From an uncultured Gammaproteobacteria bacterium (GTDB lineage Bacteria > Patescibacteriota > Patescibacteriia > Patescibacteriales > UBA12465), in assembly GCA_964599385.1 (NCBI GenBank), contig CAZREL010000001.1:1-44451 (forward strand): a DNA stretch of 44,451 nucleotides, in the 5' to 3' direction. The position numbers were made by a program, and so were the translations under genes. Below the pieces are notes generated by a model, which saw only the letters and a list, made by a program, of their open reading frames with translations, searched no databases and was not told where the DNA came from. This document shows, in pieces, positions 1 through 8,752 of the stretch (positions are counted from its first letter, which is position 1; the number at the start of each line of letters is the position of its first letter).

Positions 1-2
1 GC

Positions 3-548
3 AGCCGCGCTTTTGGCGGAACAAATACTCATTTGCCGTTGCGCGTTAATATGGCTGGCGTTATCCCGATTATCTTTGCAATCTCCGTGGTAATGTTTCC
101 GAGCATGATTGCTCAGTTCTTTATTCACGCCAGAACGCCTTGGATTGCCGATATAGCTTCAAAAACTATCGCTTTATTTAATAACCAAATTTTTTACGGT
201 GTTGTTTATTTCTTGATGGTTTTTGCTTTTACTTATTTTTACACCGAAGTCATTTTCCATCCGAAGAAGATTGCCGAAAATTTACAGAAACAGGGCGGAT
301 TTATTCCCGGTATCCGTCCAGGTCTGCATACCAGTGAATATTTGGAAAAAACTGCCAACCGCATTGTTTTCACCGGTGCCTTATTCTTGGGTCTTATTGC
401 CGTTTTGCCTTTAGTGGTTGTTTATTTTACCGGCATGCAAGCGCTTGCTATCGGCGGTACCAGTTTACTTATCGTTGTTTCGGTTGTTATTGAAACAGTT
501 AAACAGATTGAATCACAGCTTACAATGCGTGAATACGATGCTTTCTAA
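3..548 (+). CDS. secY: Preprotein translocase subunit SecY, C-terminal ~180 aa (5' end outside window)
   Basis: Frame is open from the window edge. The translation NMAGVIPIIFAISVVMFPSMIAQF...KKIAENLQKQGGFIPGIRPG..TSEYL...GGTSLLIVVSV matches the conserved C-terminal TM region of bacterial SecY. Stop TAA 546-548. Confidence 0.9.
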   Translation, partial: SRAFGGTNTHLPLRVNMAGVIPIIFAISVVMFPSMIAQFFIHARTPWIADIASKTIALFNNQIFYGVVYFLMVFAFTYFYTEVIFHPKKIAENLQKQGGFIPGIRPGLHTSEYLEKTANRIVFTGALFLGLIAVLPLVVVYFTGMQALAIGGTSLLIVVSVVIETVKQIESQLTMREYDAF

Positions 549-574
549 TCTTTAAAGAAGAATCTTAAAATATA

Positions 575-604
575 AGAAGCGGCTGTTAAGCCGCTTCTTT
601 TTAT
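575..604 (+). terminator. Rho-independent terminator after secY
   Basis: AAGAAGCGGCT (575-585) pairs perfectly with AGCCGCTTCTT (590-600), with loop GTTA, followed by a T-run. Confidence 0.7.
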
Positions 605-653
605 GTTATAATGGGACAAAAGGCTAACATTTATAAGCTTTATTTTAAAACCT

Positions 654-950
654 ATGCAATTACAAGATTTAAGCAGCGATTTATTGCGCCAAACCGATGA
701 ACGAGTGGAGAGAAAGCTTGATATTCTGGTTAGCACTAATCCGCGTTACAAGACCCTTGATGAAGGTGATAAGAAAGTGATTCTTGATTTAATTGATAAA
801 TATAAAGAGAGAATGCATAAAGGCATAGAAATAACAGAAAGGATGATAAGAGAGGATCGCCAGAGGCTTTACAGCAATCGATTGTCTATGGGTTTGACCG
901 AAGTTGATTTGGATCAAATTTATGATTTACTTGATAGTTTTAAAAGATAA
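654..950 (+). CDS. Hypothetical small protein (98 aa, charged, helical-looking)
   Basis: ORF in a gene-dense same-strand context, sitting where adk usually lies between secY and map. I recognise no motif. Confidence 0.5.
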   Translation: MQLQDLSSDLLRQTDERVERKLDILVSTNPRYKTLDEGDKKVILDLIDKYKERMHKGIEITERMIREDRQRLYSNRLSMGLTEVDLDQIYDLLDSFKR

Positions 951-962
951 ATTTATTTATTT

Positions 963-1301
963 ATGAATAATATCTCACCTCTTGGAAACAATCTTTCACC
1001 TCTTGGAAACAATTTTGGCGCTGGCGGTGGTTTAGCGCCGCAGAGAATGGCGCCCTTGCCTTCGTTGGGTCGGGATAGTGCTATTAATGGCGCCTCGCCA
1101 AGAAATACTTTTTTTAGAAAAAATGCTTCATTATCGCGTTCAGCTGAATTTATTCGGGCTAAAAATCGTTATGAAAATATGGAAAGAATCGGTACGATAG
1201 GCAAAGATCTTCAAGTAGCGGCATTTTCTAAGTTAAAGCAGATTGAAAGCTTGGAGCTTGAAAAACTAAATAAAAAGAATAAAAAAAATGATATACATTA
1301 A
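963..1301 (+). CDS. Hypothetical protein (112 aa) with N-terminal SPLGNN duplication
   Basis: ORF overlaps the map start by 14 nt, suggesting coupling. Low-complexity Gly/Pro N-terminus and a basic C-terminus. No recognised motif. Confidence 0.45.
   Translation: MNNISPLGNNLSPLGNNFGAGGGLAPQRMAPLPSLGRDSAINGASPRNTFFRKNASLSRSAEFIRAKNRYENMERIGTIGKDLQVAAFSKLKQIESLELEKLNKKNKKNDIH
972..1013 (+). repeat. Tandem 2 x 21-bp in-frame duplication
   Basis: atctcacctcttggaaacaat / ctttcacctcttggaaacaat, 19 of 21 identical, encoding ISPLGNN-LSPLGNN. Confidence 0.85.
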
Positions 1302-2115
1302 AAATGAAAATGAAATAAGGGCTATTAGGGAGGGCGGTAAGCTTTTGTCGGCGATTCTTAAAAAACTGGTCGGCATGGTTAAGCCAGGTCTTTCTACGCT
1401 TGATTTAGAAAGGGAAGCCAACAGAATGATTGCTGAATGTGGTGGCGCTTCGGCTTTTAATGGTTACCCAATGGGCGGCAATATTTTTTTCCCTTCGACG
1501 CTTTGCATTTCTATTAATGATGAAGTTGTTCACGGTTCATCAATACCGGAAAGAATAATTCAAAATGGCGATATTGTTGATATTGATATCGGTATGGAGT
1601 GGCCAATCACGGAGGAATTAAGAAAAAAATACGACTTACCGCTTAATAAATATTCTAAACACGGCGGTTTCTTTACCGATACTTGTTATACGGTTGGCGC
1701 TGGGGCAATTAGTAAGGAAGCAAAAAAGTTGCTGTCAGTCAGTCGTGAATGTTTAGAGTTAGCTTTAAAGCAAGTTAAAGCGGGTAAGCGCCTGAATGAT
1801 ATAGGACGTGCCGTGGAAGATCACGCTGATAGATATGGCTACGGCGTTGTTCGCGATTTAGTTGGCCATGGTGTTGGATATTTTGCTCATGAGGAGCCGG
1901 ATGTTTTTAATTATGAAGTAAATGAAAACTCTCCGGAAAATATTATTTTAGAGCCGGGCATGGTTATTGCGATTGAGCCAATGATTAATATTGGTACCTG
2001 GAAAGTTAAAGTGGCCAAGAACAAATATACGATTTTAAGTGCCGACGGATCTTTAAGCGCTCATTTTGAACACACTGTTTTAGTTACTGAAGATGGACAC
2101 GAAATTTTAACTTAA
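1288..2115 (+). CDS. map: Methionine aminopeptidase, type I
   Basis: 275 aa. M24A hallmarks present: CISINDEVVHG, DIVDIDIG, VGHGVG, AIEPMI, FEHTVLVT. Confidence 0.9.
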   Translation: MIYIKNENEIRAIREGGKLLSAILKKLVGMVKPGLSTLDLEREANRMIAECGGASAFNGYPMGGNIFFPSTLCISINDEVVHGSSIPERIIQNGDIVDIDIGMEWPITEELRKKYDLPLNKYSKHGGFFTDTCYTVGAGAISKEAKKLLSVSRECLELALKQVKAGKRLNDIGRAVEDHADRYGYGVVRDLVGHGVGYFAHEEPDVFNYEVNENSPENIILEPGMVIAIEPMINIGTWKVKVAKNKYTILSADGSLSAHFEHTVLVTEDGHEILT

Positions 2116-2118
2116 ATT

Positions 2119-2502
2119 ATGAGCGAGATTATAAATTATCTTGGTGTCGATTGGGGTGAAAAACGCATTGGCCTGGCAACGGCCGATAGCGACGTTTGCC
2201 TGGCCTTGCCTTTTAAAACCGTTTCTTCTTTTGAAGATTTGATGCGCGTTATAAAAGAAGAGCAGATAAATTGTTTGGTAATTGGAGATCCGATAAAAAT
2301 GGGTGGCGCTTCGGCCAATAATCCTTTGTGGTTGGATTTTATGTCCAAGTTAAGAGCCGCTAATCCTTGTCGTATCGAACTCTTGGATGAGCGTCTCAGC
2401 TCTTTGGCGGCCGATGCCAAATTCGGTTCGAAAAAGGATAAGGCCGGGCGCGATGAAATAGCCGCTGCTATTATTTTGCAAGATTATCTCGACATGAATT
2501 AA
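2119..2502 (+). CDS. ruvX: Holliday junction resolvase-like protein RuvX/YqgF
   Basis: 127 aa. N-terminal LGVDWGEKRIGLA and C-terminal DEIAAAIILQDYL are typical of the YqgF family. Confidence 0.85.
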   Translation: MSEIINYLGVDWGEKRIGLATADSDVCLALPFKTVSSFEDLMRVIKEEQINCLVIGDPIKMGGASANNPLWLDFMSKLRAANPCRIELLDERLSSLAADAKFGSKKDKAGRDEIAAAIILQDYLDMN

Positions 2503-2504
2503 CT

Positions 2505-3224
2505 ATGGATGAATCGAGGCACACAAAGGCCATAATACTTAATCGCTCCGACTATCGCGAGAGCGATTATTTAGTTAAGGCCTATACCAAGGACTTCGGC
2601 TTGCTGAATTTATTGGCTAAAGGGACAAAAAAATTATCTTCCAAAATGGCCGGGCATCTTGAGCCGATGAGTCACGTTAAGATACTTATTATTAGCGGTA
2701 AGGGTTTTGATTATATTGCGGCCGCCGATGCCATTGATTCTCGCTTGGAAATTAGAAATGACTTAAATAAGATATTTTACGCCGGTAAGATAATTTCTTT
2801 GTTTTCTTCTTTGGTTAAGGAGGAAGAAGGAGATGCGCGTTTATTTTCTTTATTAGACACTTATCTTGCGGCGATAAATGATGATGAGGATTTTAATAAA
2901 GAAAAAGGTTCTTTGTTTTATCTTCGCTTTACTTTGAGCTTCTTATCGGAACTCGGTTACAGTCCAGAGATGAAAAATTGTTTGCATTGCCGAACCAAAA
3001 TAGAGTCCGGTCAAAATTATTTTGATTTTAAAGGCGGTTTAATCTGTCCTGCTTGCCGTGTTAAAAATTTACGTCCCAATGATCTTTTACCGGTTAGTGA
3101 TAATTGCATTAAGGTTATTCGTTATTTTCTAAATCCCATTGAAGCGCAAAAAATCCGTTTTTCTAAAAAATTAATTGGTGAAATGGAAGTTTTATTAAAG
3201 AAATTTATCTTGTTTTTGCGGTAA
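2505..3224 (+). CDS. recO: DNA repair protein RecO
   Basis: 239 aa. OB-fold-like N-terminus (AIILNRSDYRESDYLV) and a C-terminal CxxC...CxxC zinc motif (CLHC...CPAC). Confidence 0.8.
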   Translation: MDESRHTKAIILNRSDYRESDYLVKAYTKDFGLLNLLAKGTKKLSSKMAGHLEPMSHVKILIISGKGFDYIAAADAIDSRLEIRNDLNKIFYAGKIISLFSSLVKEEEGDARLFSLLDTYLAAINDDEDFNKEKGSLFYLRFTLSFLSELGYSPEMKNCLHCRTKIESGQNYFDFKGGLICPACRVKNLRPNDLLPVSDNCIKVIRYFLNPIEAQKIRFSKKLIGEMEVLLKKFILFLR

Positions 3225-3309
3225 ATAAGCTCATTTATTTTTATTGCTTTTTTCTCTTATTTATGTTAAATTTATAAATGATTTTAGGTAAAAAATTAGC
3301 TATTATAAT

Positions 3310-4707
3310 ATGAAAAAAAGAGTTTATATTAAGGATTTAGCCTCTTTTCAGAATCAGGAAATTACAGTTTCCGGCTGGATTGATTCCGTTCGCAATCAAG
3401 GTAAAATGGCCTTTTTTGATTTAAGAGATTCATCAGCCTTGATTCAGTGCATAGTTTTACCTAAAAGCGAAGCCTTGGAAGAGGCTCGAAAATTAAATAG
3501 TGAATTTGTTGTTGAAGTTTTTGGCAGAATTAATCCTCGTCCGGAAAAAGATCAGAAGAATGACATTTTAAACGGCTCTATAGAGCTTGAAGTTTTGAAT
3601 ATTAAAATTTTAAATAGCTGCGGTGTCTTGCCTTTTCCCTTGGCCGAGACGGGCAATATTGATGAAAATTTGAGATTAACATACCGCTATCTTGATATAA
3701 GAAGCCAAAGAATGACCAAAAATATAAATAGCCGCTATAGATTGCAGAAGTTTGTCAGGGATTATCTTGATAAAGAAGGTTTTTTGGAAATAGAAACTCC
3801 TTTATTATCCGCCCCGACCCTCGAGGGTTCAAGATCTTTTGTTGTTCCGAGTCGTGCTTATAAAGGAAATTTTTATTCGCTACCTCAGTCTCCGCAACAA
3901 TATAAACAGTTGTTAATGGTTAGTGGCGTCGATAAATATTTTCAATTCGCCAGATGTATGAGGGACGAGGATGCCAGAGGCGACAGGCAGCCCGAGTTTA
4001 CGCAGCTTGATATGGAAATGTCTTTTGTCTCCGAAGAAGATGTTATTTCTTTGAATGAAAAGCTTCTTATCTCTTTAGTTGAAAAAAATTACCCGGAAAA
4101 AAAGATTCAACAAATTCCTTTTCCGAGAATAACTTATAAAGAAGCAATGGAGAAATATGGCAGCGATAGGCCTGATTTAAGAGAAGATAAAAATGATCCC
4201 AATTTGCTCGCTTTTGTTTGGGTTCTTGATTTTCCGATGTTTGAGAAAACGGGAGAAGATAATGTTGACGGAACCGGGCAGTGGACATTTACTCATAATC
4301 CTTTTTCCAGGCCAAAAGATGAATATTTTGCTGATTTCATGGAAGAGAAAAATGTTGCCGATATTTTGACAACCCAATACGATGTTGTTTTAAACGGTTT
4401 TGAAATCGGTGGCGGGAGTTTGAGGAATTATGATTCCATGGCGCTTAAAAAAACTTTTCAAATCATGGGATACGATGATGAAAGGATTGAAGCTAATTTT
4501 GGCCACATGATTAAGGCTCTCAGTTTTGGCGCTCCGCCGCATGGCGGAATTGCCTGGGGTTTTGACAGACTTTTAATGATTATGGAAAATGAGCCGAATA
4601 TTAGAGAGGTTATTCCTTTTGCAAAAACAAGCGATGGCAAGGATTTACTCATGAATGCGCCTTGCGGTATTTCCAAGAAACAAAAAGAAGAGCTTGGATT
4701 AAAATAA
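3310..4707 (+). CDS. aspS: Aspartyl-tRNA synthetase, bacterial-type catalytic core but lacking the GAD insertion domain
   Basis: 465 aa. Contains QSPQQYKQLLM, motif 2 CMRDEDARGDRQPEFTQLDMEMSF, motif 3 region GFEIGGGSLR, and C-terminal PPHGGIAWGFDRL. Confidence 0.9.
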   Translation: MKKRVYIKDLASFQNQEITVSGWIDSVRNQGKMAFFDLRDSSALIQCIVLPKSEALEEARKLNSEFVVEVFGRINPRPEKDQKNDILNGSIELEVLNIKILNSCGVLPFPLAETGNIDENLRLTYRYLDIRSQRMTKNINSRYRLQKFVRDYLDKEGFLEIETPLLSAPTLEGSRSFVVPSRAYKGNFYSLPQSPQQYKQLLMVSGVDKYFQFARCMRDEDARGDRQPEFTQLDMEMSFVSEEDVISLNEKLLISLVEKNYPEKKIQQIPFPRITYKEAMEKYGSDRPDLREDKNDPNLLAFVWVLDFPMFEKTGEDNVDGTGQWTFTHNPFSRPKDEYFADFMEEKNVADILTTQYDVVLNGFEIGGGSLRNYDSMALKKTFQIMGYDDERIEANFGHMIKALSFGAPPHGGIAWGFDRLLMIMENEPNIREVIPFAKTSDGKDLLMNAPCGISKKQKEELGLK

Positions 4708-4738
4708 ATTTAGTTTGTAAAAAATAAATCTAAAACAT

Positions 4739-5698
4739 ATGAACACCAAATACGCCGCCAAATACGCTTTTTATTATATTTTATCTTTGGTTGCTTTGGT
4801 TTTTGTCGGAATTTCTGTCGGCATGATTGCTTTTAGTATTATTGACTTGAAAGTTTTTGATCCTCTTTCTTACAATTCTTACGGCGGGAATCAAGACGGT
4901 TCTTTAAAATTTGCTATTTCGGCATTGTTTATTGCTGCACCGATTTACTACTTTACCCTTTCTCTTATCGCCAGAGGTTTGAAGAAAAATGAAATAGAGC
5001 GTTCATCGGCTATTAGGCGCTGGCTGACTTATTTTATTATTCTTGTTTCATCTCTTATCATTTTAGGAGTTTTTATCGGCGTGATAAATAATTTCTTGTC
5101 GGGAGAACTCAGCGCCCGCTTTATCTTAAAAGCGGCCTCGATGTTTTTGATTTCGGCTTTGGTTTTTTCTTATTATTTTTATGATGTAAAAAGGGAAGAA
5201 CTTGGCGTTAAAAAGAATATCCAAATAATTTTTCTGTCTATTTCCTTGCTTTTTGTTCTCGGCGCTTTTATTTCCGCCTGGTTTTTTGTTGAATCGCCGC
5301 GAGAGGCGAGAATGCGCCGCTTGGATCAAATTGTTGTTAATAATATCAACTCACTGGAGAACGCCGTTAACTCCTTTTATGCCGAGGAGGGGCGTTTGCC
5401 GGATGACTTATCAAATTTAAAAATCGGTTTGCATTTATATGACCGAAATGCCTTGGTCGATCCGGAAAGCGGCAAAGCAATCGAATATAAAAAAATTAAT
5501 GATAAGGAATTTGAGTTTTGCGCTGAATTCCGCTTGCCGTCTCAACCGACAGATCTTAAAGGCCGCACGCTTCCTTCCGCTGCTTACGGTCCTGTTTCCG
5601 GCGATGACCATCAAGCCGGTTATGATTGTTTGAAAGGCGATTTATGGGCTGAGTCAAAAATGGATGCTTTAAAAGCTAAGGAAGTGATTTCCCAGTAA
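4739..5698 (+). CDS. Multi-pass membrane protein (DUF5671-like layout) with soluble C-terminal domain
   Basis: 319 aa. Five or six hydrophobic helices in the first ~190 aa. The C-terminal segment VVNNINSLENAVNSFYAEEGRLPDDLSNL resembles the pseudopilin/type IV pilin helix-to-globular junction. Confidence 0.5.
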   Translation: MNTKYAAKYAFYYILSLVALVFVGISVGMIAFSIIDLKVFDPLSYNSYGGNQDGSLKFAISALFIAAPIYYFTLSLIARGLKKNEIERSSAIRRWLTYFIILVSSLIILGVFIGVINNFLSGELSARFILKAASMFLISALVFSYYFYDVKREELGVKKNIQIIFLSISLLFVLGAFISAWFFVESPREARMRRLDQIVVNNINSLENAVNSFYAEEGRLPDDLSNLKIGLHLYDRNALVDPESGKAIEYKKINDKEFEFCAEFRLPSQPTDLKGRTLPSAAYGPVSGDDHQAGYDCLKGDLWAESKMDALKAKEVISQ

Positions 5699-5700
5699 CT

Positions 5701-6468
5701 ATGGATATTAACACCGAAAAATTTTCCGGTCCTTTGGGGCTCCTGCTTTCCATGATTGAAAGCGAGGAGATGGATATAACCGAAATATCCTTAGCCAAAA
5801 TCGCCGATGATTACGTGGAATATGTTAGAACTTCGGAGGATATAGGACCTGAAGAGATGGCCGACTTTCTGCTTATTGCCGCTAAACTGCTTTTTATCAA
5901 ATCAAAGGCCCTCTTGCCCTATCTTTACGTTGACAACGATGAGGATGAAGGAGAAGATTTGGAAAAACAGTTGAAAATGTATAAGGAATTTGTTGCGGCC
6001 AGCGAAAGATTAAGGGAAGTTGCTTTACGAGGCAAAAAAATATTTATTGCTCCGCTTGGCAAGAGTCGTCGTTGGCAAAGTGCCGTACCGGTTTTTTCGC
6101 CGCCGCCAAAATTGACTAAAGAAATCATAAGAGATAAATATGCCGCTTTGCTTAATTTATTGCAGGAAGAGCTTAAGAAGCGTGAAGAGGCAAAGTTGCC
6201 GAGCGAGACTTTGGAACCCAAAATAAGTATTGATGATAAAATCTCCTCAATTAGAACAATGATTTTTGAGAAAGCTAAAGTAAGTTTAACAAAGCTTTTG
6301 CAATCGGCGGAAAGTCGAACGGAGATTATCGTCAGTTTTTTGGCTGTTCTTGAGCTCGCCAAACAGAAGGAGCTGAAATTTGAACAAGAAGGATTGTTTA
6401 GTGAAATAATGATTAAAAAAATAAGCGGTGATGAAGAAGAGGAAAATGCTTCTTTAAGCCAAGAATAA
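5701..6468 (+). CDS. scpA: Segregation and condensation protein A (kleisin)
   Basis: 255 aa. N-terminus FSGPLGLLLSMIESEEMDITEISLAKIADDY is typical of ScpA. It is immediately followed by scpB. Confidence 0.85.
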   Translation: MDINTEKFSGPLGLLLSMIESEEMDITEISLAKIADDYVEYVRTSEDIGPEEMADFLLIAAKLLFIKSKALLPYLYVDNDEDEGEDLEKQLKMYKEFVAASERLREVALRGKKIFIAPLGKSRRWQSAVPVFSPPPKLTKEIIRDKYAALLNLLQEELKKREEAKLPSETLEPKISIDDKISSIRTMIFEKAKVSLTKLLQSAESRTEIIVSFLAVLELAKQKELKFEQEGLFSEIMIKKISGDEEEENASLSQE

Positions 6469-6469
6469 T

Positions 6470-7021
6470 ATGGAGTTAAAAGCACAAATAGAATCTTTGC
6501 TGTTCGTTTCTTTAAAACCCTTGGCCGCTAAGGACTTGGTAAGTGCTACCGGTGCAAAAATTAAAGACATTGAAGAAGCTTTAAGTGATTTGGAGCATGA
6601 GTATCGCCATGCCGAAAAGGGCCTGCTTATCGTTAAAAATGGCGGACAGTATCAATTCGGTACCCATCCTGATAATGCCGATTTGATTAAGAATTTTTTA
6701 AAAGAAGAAGCAGCCGGGGAATTATCTCAACCAAGCTTGGAAGCTTTGACAATCATTGCTTATAGAGGTCCGATTGCAAAAGTGGAAATTGAAAAAATAA
6801 GAGGCGTTAATTGCAGCATGATTATCAGGAATTTGCTGCTGCGCGGCTTAATTGAAGAGAATTTTGACAAAAAGAAATCGGAAAATTATTATTCCGTGAC
6901 TAATGATTTTCTAAGATTTTTGGGAGTATCAAGATTGGAGGACTTACCCGATTATAATAAATTAACCAGACTGGAAACCATTAGTCGTATTTTGGAAGAA
7001 GCGGCTCCCGATGTCGTTTAG
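6470..7021 (+). CDS. scpB: Segregation and condensation protein B
   Basis: 183 aa. IESLLFVSLKPL start and a tandem winged-helix layout (ALTIIAYRGPIAKVEIEKIRGV). Starts 2 nt after the scpA stop. Confidence 0.85.
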   Translation: MELKAQIESLLFVSLKPLAAKDLVSATGAKIKDIEEALSDLEHEYRHAEKGLLIVKNGGQYQFGTHPDNADLIKNFLKEEAAGELSQPSLEALTIIAYRGPIAKVEIEKIRGVNCSMIIRNLLLRGLIEENFDKKKSENYYSVTNDFLRFLGVSRLEDLPDYNKLTRLETISRILEEAAPDVV

Positions 7022-7033
7022 AGTTTTTATATC

Positions 7034-7900
7034 ATGATTTTTTCAATATTATTTAAAATTATTATATTGCTTTCTAAGGGGCCGGAGATTCCGGTCTTGT
7101 CTTATGCTCCGGAAGTTATAAAGCCTTTGGCAGAAGCCGCATATCCGGAAATAAGTGCCGACAAGGCAGCTGTTCTGTCAACTTCCGATCGCTTATTCTT
7201 TTTTCAAAAAGATTCTTCTTCAGCTCAGCCGATTGCCAGTATAACCAAGTTGATGACCGCCTTGGTTTTTCTTGATGAAAAATTGGCTTGGGACAAGGAA
7301 TATGTTATTTCCGAACAAGACATGATTGAAGGCGGGCGCTTGAATCTTTTTCCGGGAGACCGGGTTCGTTTGGATGATTTGTTTAAGACAAGCCTGATTG
7401 CTTCTGATAACGGCGCGACTATCGCTCTTGTTCATGCGAGTGGCTTAAGTGAAGATGAGTTTGTCGCAAAAATGAACGCCAAGGCTTTGTCTCTCGGGTT
7501 GCTAAAAACATCTTTTGCCGACCCTATCGGTTTAAGCGATCAAAATTTATCGACAGCGCGCGATGTGGCAATTTTGGCTCAAGAAGCTCTTAGCCGTCCG
7601 GAGATAAAAAAAGTTGTCAGTTTGTCGGAATATTCTTATGAAACGCTATCGGGTCGCCGGAAGAAGATTGAGTCGACTGACTATCTTCTTTTTGTCGAGG
7701 ATAAGCAGGGCTTGAAGGCGGCTGGAGGAAAAACCGGATATACCGATGAAGCCGGTTATTGTTTTGTCGGAAAATTTATCGGTGCCGGCGGTCGAGAATT
7801 TGTTTCAGTTGTTTTAAACAGTGCGGACAAAAATAGTCGTTTCAAGGAAAGCCGCGATTTAGTTTTATCAATAATGCAGAATTATGAAGTCAGTAGATAG
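7034..7900 (+). CDS. D-alanyl-D-alanine carboxypeptidase (peptidase S11, PBP5-like)
   Basis: All three penicillin-binding motifs are present in order: SITK (SxxK), SDN (SxN), KTGYT (KTG). N-terminal hydrophobic anchor. Confidence 0.8.
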   Translation: MIFSILFKIIILLSKGPEIPVLSYAPEVIKPLAEAAYPEISADKAAVLSTSDRLFFFQKDSSSAQPIASITKLMTALVFLDEKLAWDKEYVISEQDMIEGGRLNLFPGDRVRLDDLFKTSLIASDNGATIALVHASGLSEDEFVAKMNAKALSLGLLKTSFADPIGLSDQNLSTARDVAILAQEALSRPEIKKVVSLSEYSYETLSGRRKKIESTDYLLFVEDKQGLKAAGGKTGYTDEAGYCFVGKFIGAGGREFVSVVLNSADKNSRFKESRDLVLSIMQNYEVSR

Positions 7901-8387
7901 GGCTTATTTTTATTTTCGTAATTTTTTTGCCAGATATTTTCCGGCTCTTTATGCTTTTTGCGAATCAAGAAAAAAATTTTGTAAATATATTTTTTCAGGA
8001 ACTTTAACCGGCGGATCAGATCTTTTTTTACTTTTTCTTTTTCATGGCGTTTTCGCTTGGGGTATAATTTTATCGACCAGCACTGCGTTTATCATGTCCT
8101 TTGCTTTAAGTTTTATTTTGCAAAAAATTTGGACCTTCCGCAATCAGGATAAAAATAAGCTTTTCCATCAGTTAGGAATTTATTTTTTTAATGCTTTTTT
8201 GAATCTTAATATTAACGCCTTGTTGATGCACTTGCTTGTCAGTCGTTTTGGTATTTGGTATTTATTCGCCCAGTTAGCGGTTAATGCCACAATCGGATCT
8301 TTGAATTTTCTTGTGTATAAATTTATTATTTTTAAAAAGGATAAAGAGTATGAAAATAGAATTGAGCCTGGCCAGTCTGGGAAATAA
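7884..8387 (+). CDS. GtrA family membrane protein
   Basis: 167 aa with four hydrophobic helices. WTFRN after helix 2 and the C-terminal LVYKFIIF pattern are typical of GtrA-like proteins. Confidence 0.7.
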   Translation: MKSVDRAYFYFRNFFARYFPALYAFCESRKKFCKYIFSGTLTGGSDLFLLFLFHGVFAWGIILSTSTAFIMSFALSFILQKIWTFRNQDKNKLFHQLGIYFFNAFLNLNINALLMHLLVSRFGIWYLFAQLAVNATIGSLNFLVYKFIIFKKDKEYENRIEPGQSGK

Positions 8388-8676
8388 TCCGGAAAATTTT
8401 TTGCGCCGCGCCGGTTATGCTATTTTACCGGAAAAGGAAGATGGAGAAATAAGTTTTGCCAGGCGTTTTGGCCGTGATTTTTATCCGCGTTTTCATATTT
8501 ATTTTAAGCTTTTTAAAAAAGATAGCGGTGATATAATCGTTTTCAACCTCCATTTGGATCAAAAACGCCCCGGTTACGCCGGTTTTAGCCGCCACAATGC
8601 CGAATATGACGGTGAAGTCGTTGAAAGGGAAGCGGAGCGCTTAAAAGGTCTGGCTTTGCCGGCTTTTTTCCTTTAA
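8350..8676 (+). CDS. Hypothetical protein (108 aa)
   Basis: I prefer ATG 8350 (MKIELSL...) over the upstream start at 8311, which lies deep inside gtrA. No recognised motif. Confidence 0.5.
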   Translation: MKIELSLASLGNNPENFLRRAGYAILPEKEDGEISFARRFGRDFYPRFHIYFKLFKKDSGDIIVFNLHLDQKRPGYAGFSRHNAEYDGEVVEREAERLKGLALPAFFL

Positions 8677-8752
8677 AATAAAAGCCCAAATAGCTTAATT
8701 GACTTAAATGGTATAAAATGTAAATATAGTCAATCGATTAATAAATACGCCA

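Noticed and set aside
3296-3312. TATAAT directly abutting the aspS ATG, as a leaderless promoter.
   Set aside because: A -10 box with no spacing to the start codon would place the TSS inside the ORF. It is probably a chance match in AT-rich DNA.
5925-6485. 186-aa ORF antisense to scpA. Similar long shadow ORFs occur at 31617-32132 (antisense to GT4), 13155-13583 (antisense to hisS), 14332-14649 (antisense to rnhB), 30467-30793 and 23067-23435.
   Set aside because: Each lies entirely within a gene that has strong family motifs on the other strand. Their translations are Ser/Leu/Phe-rich low complexity, as expected for antisense frames of AT-rich coding DNA.
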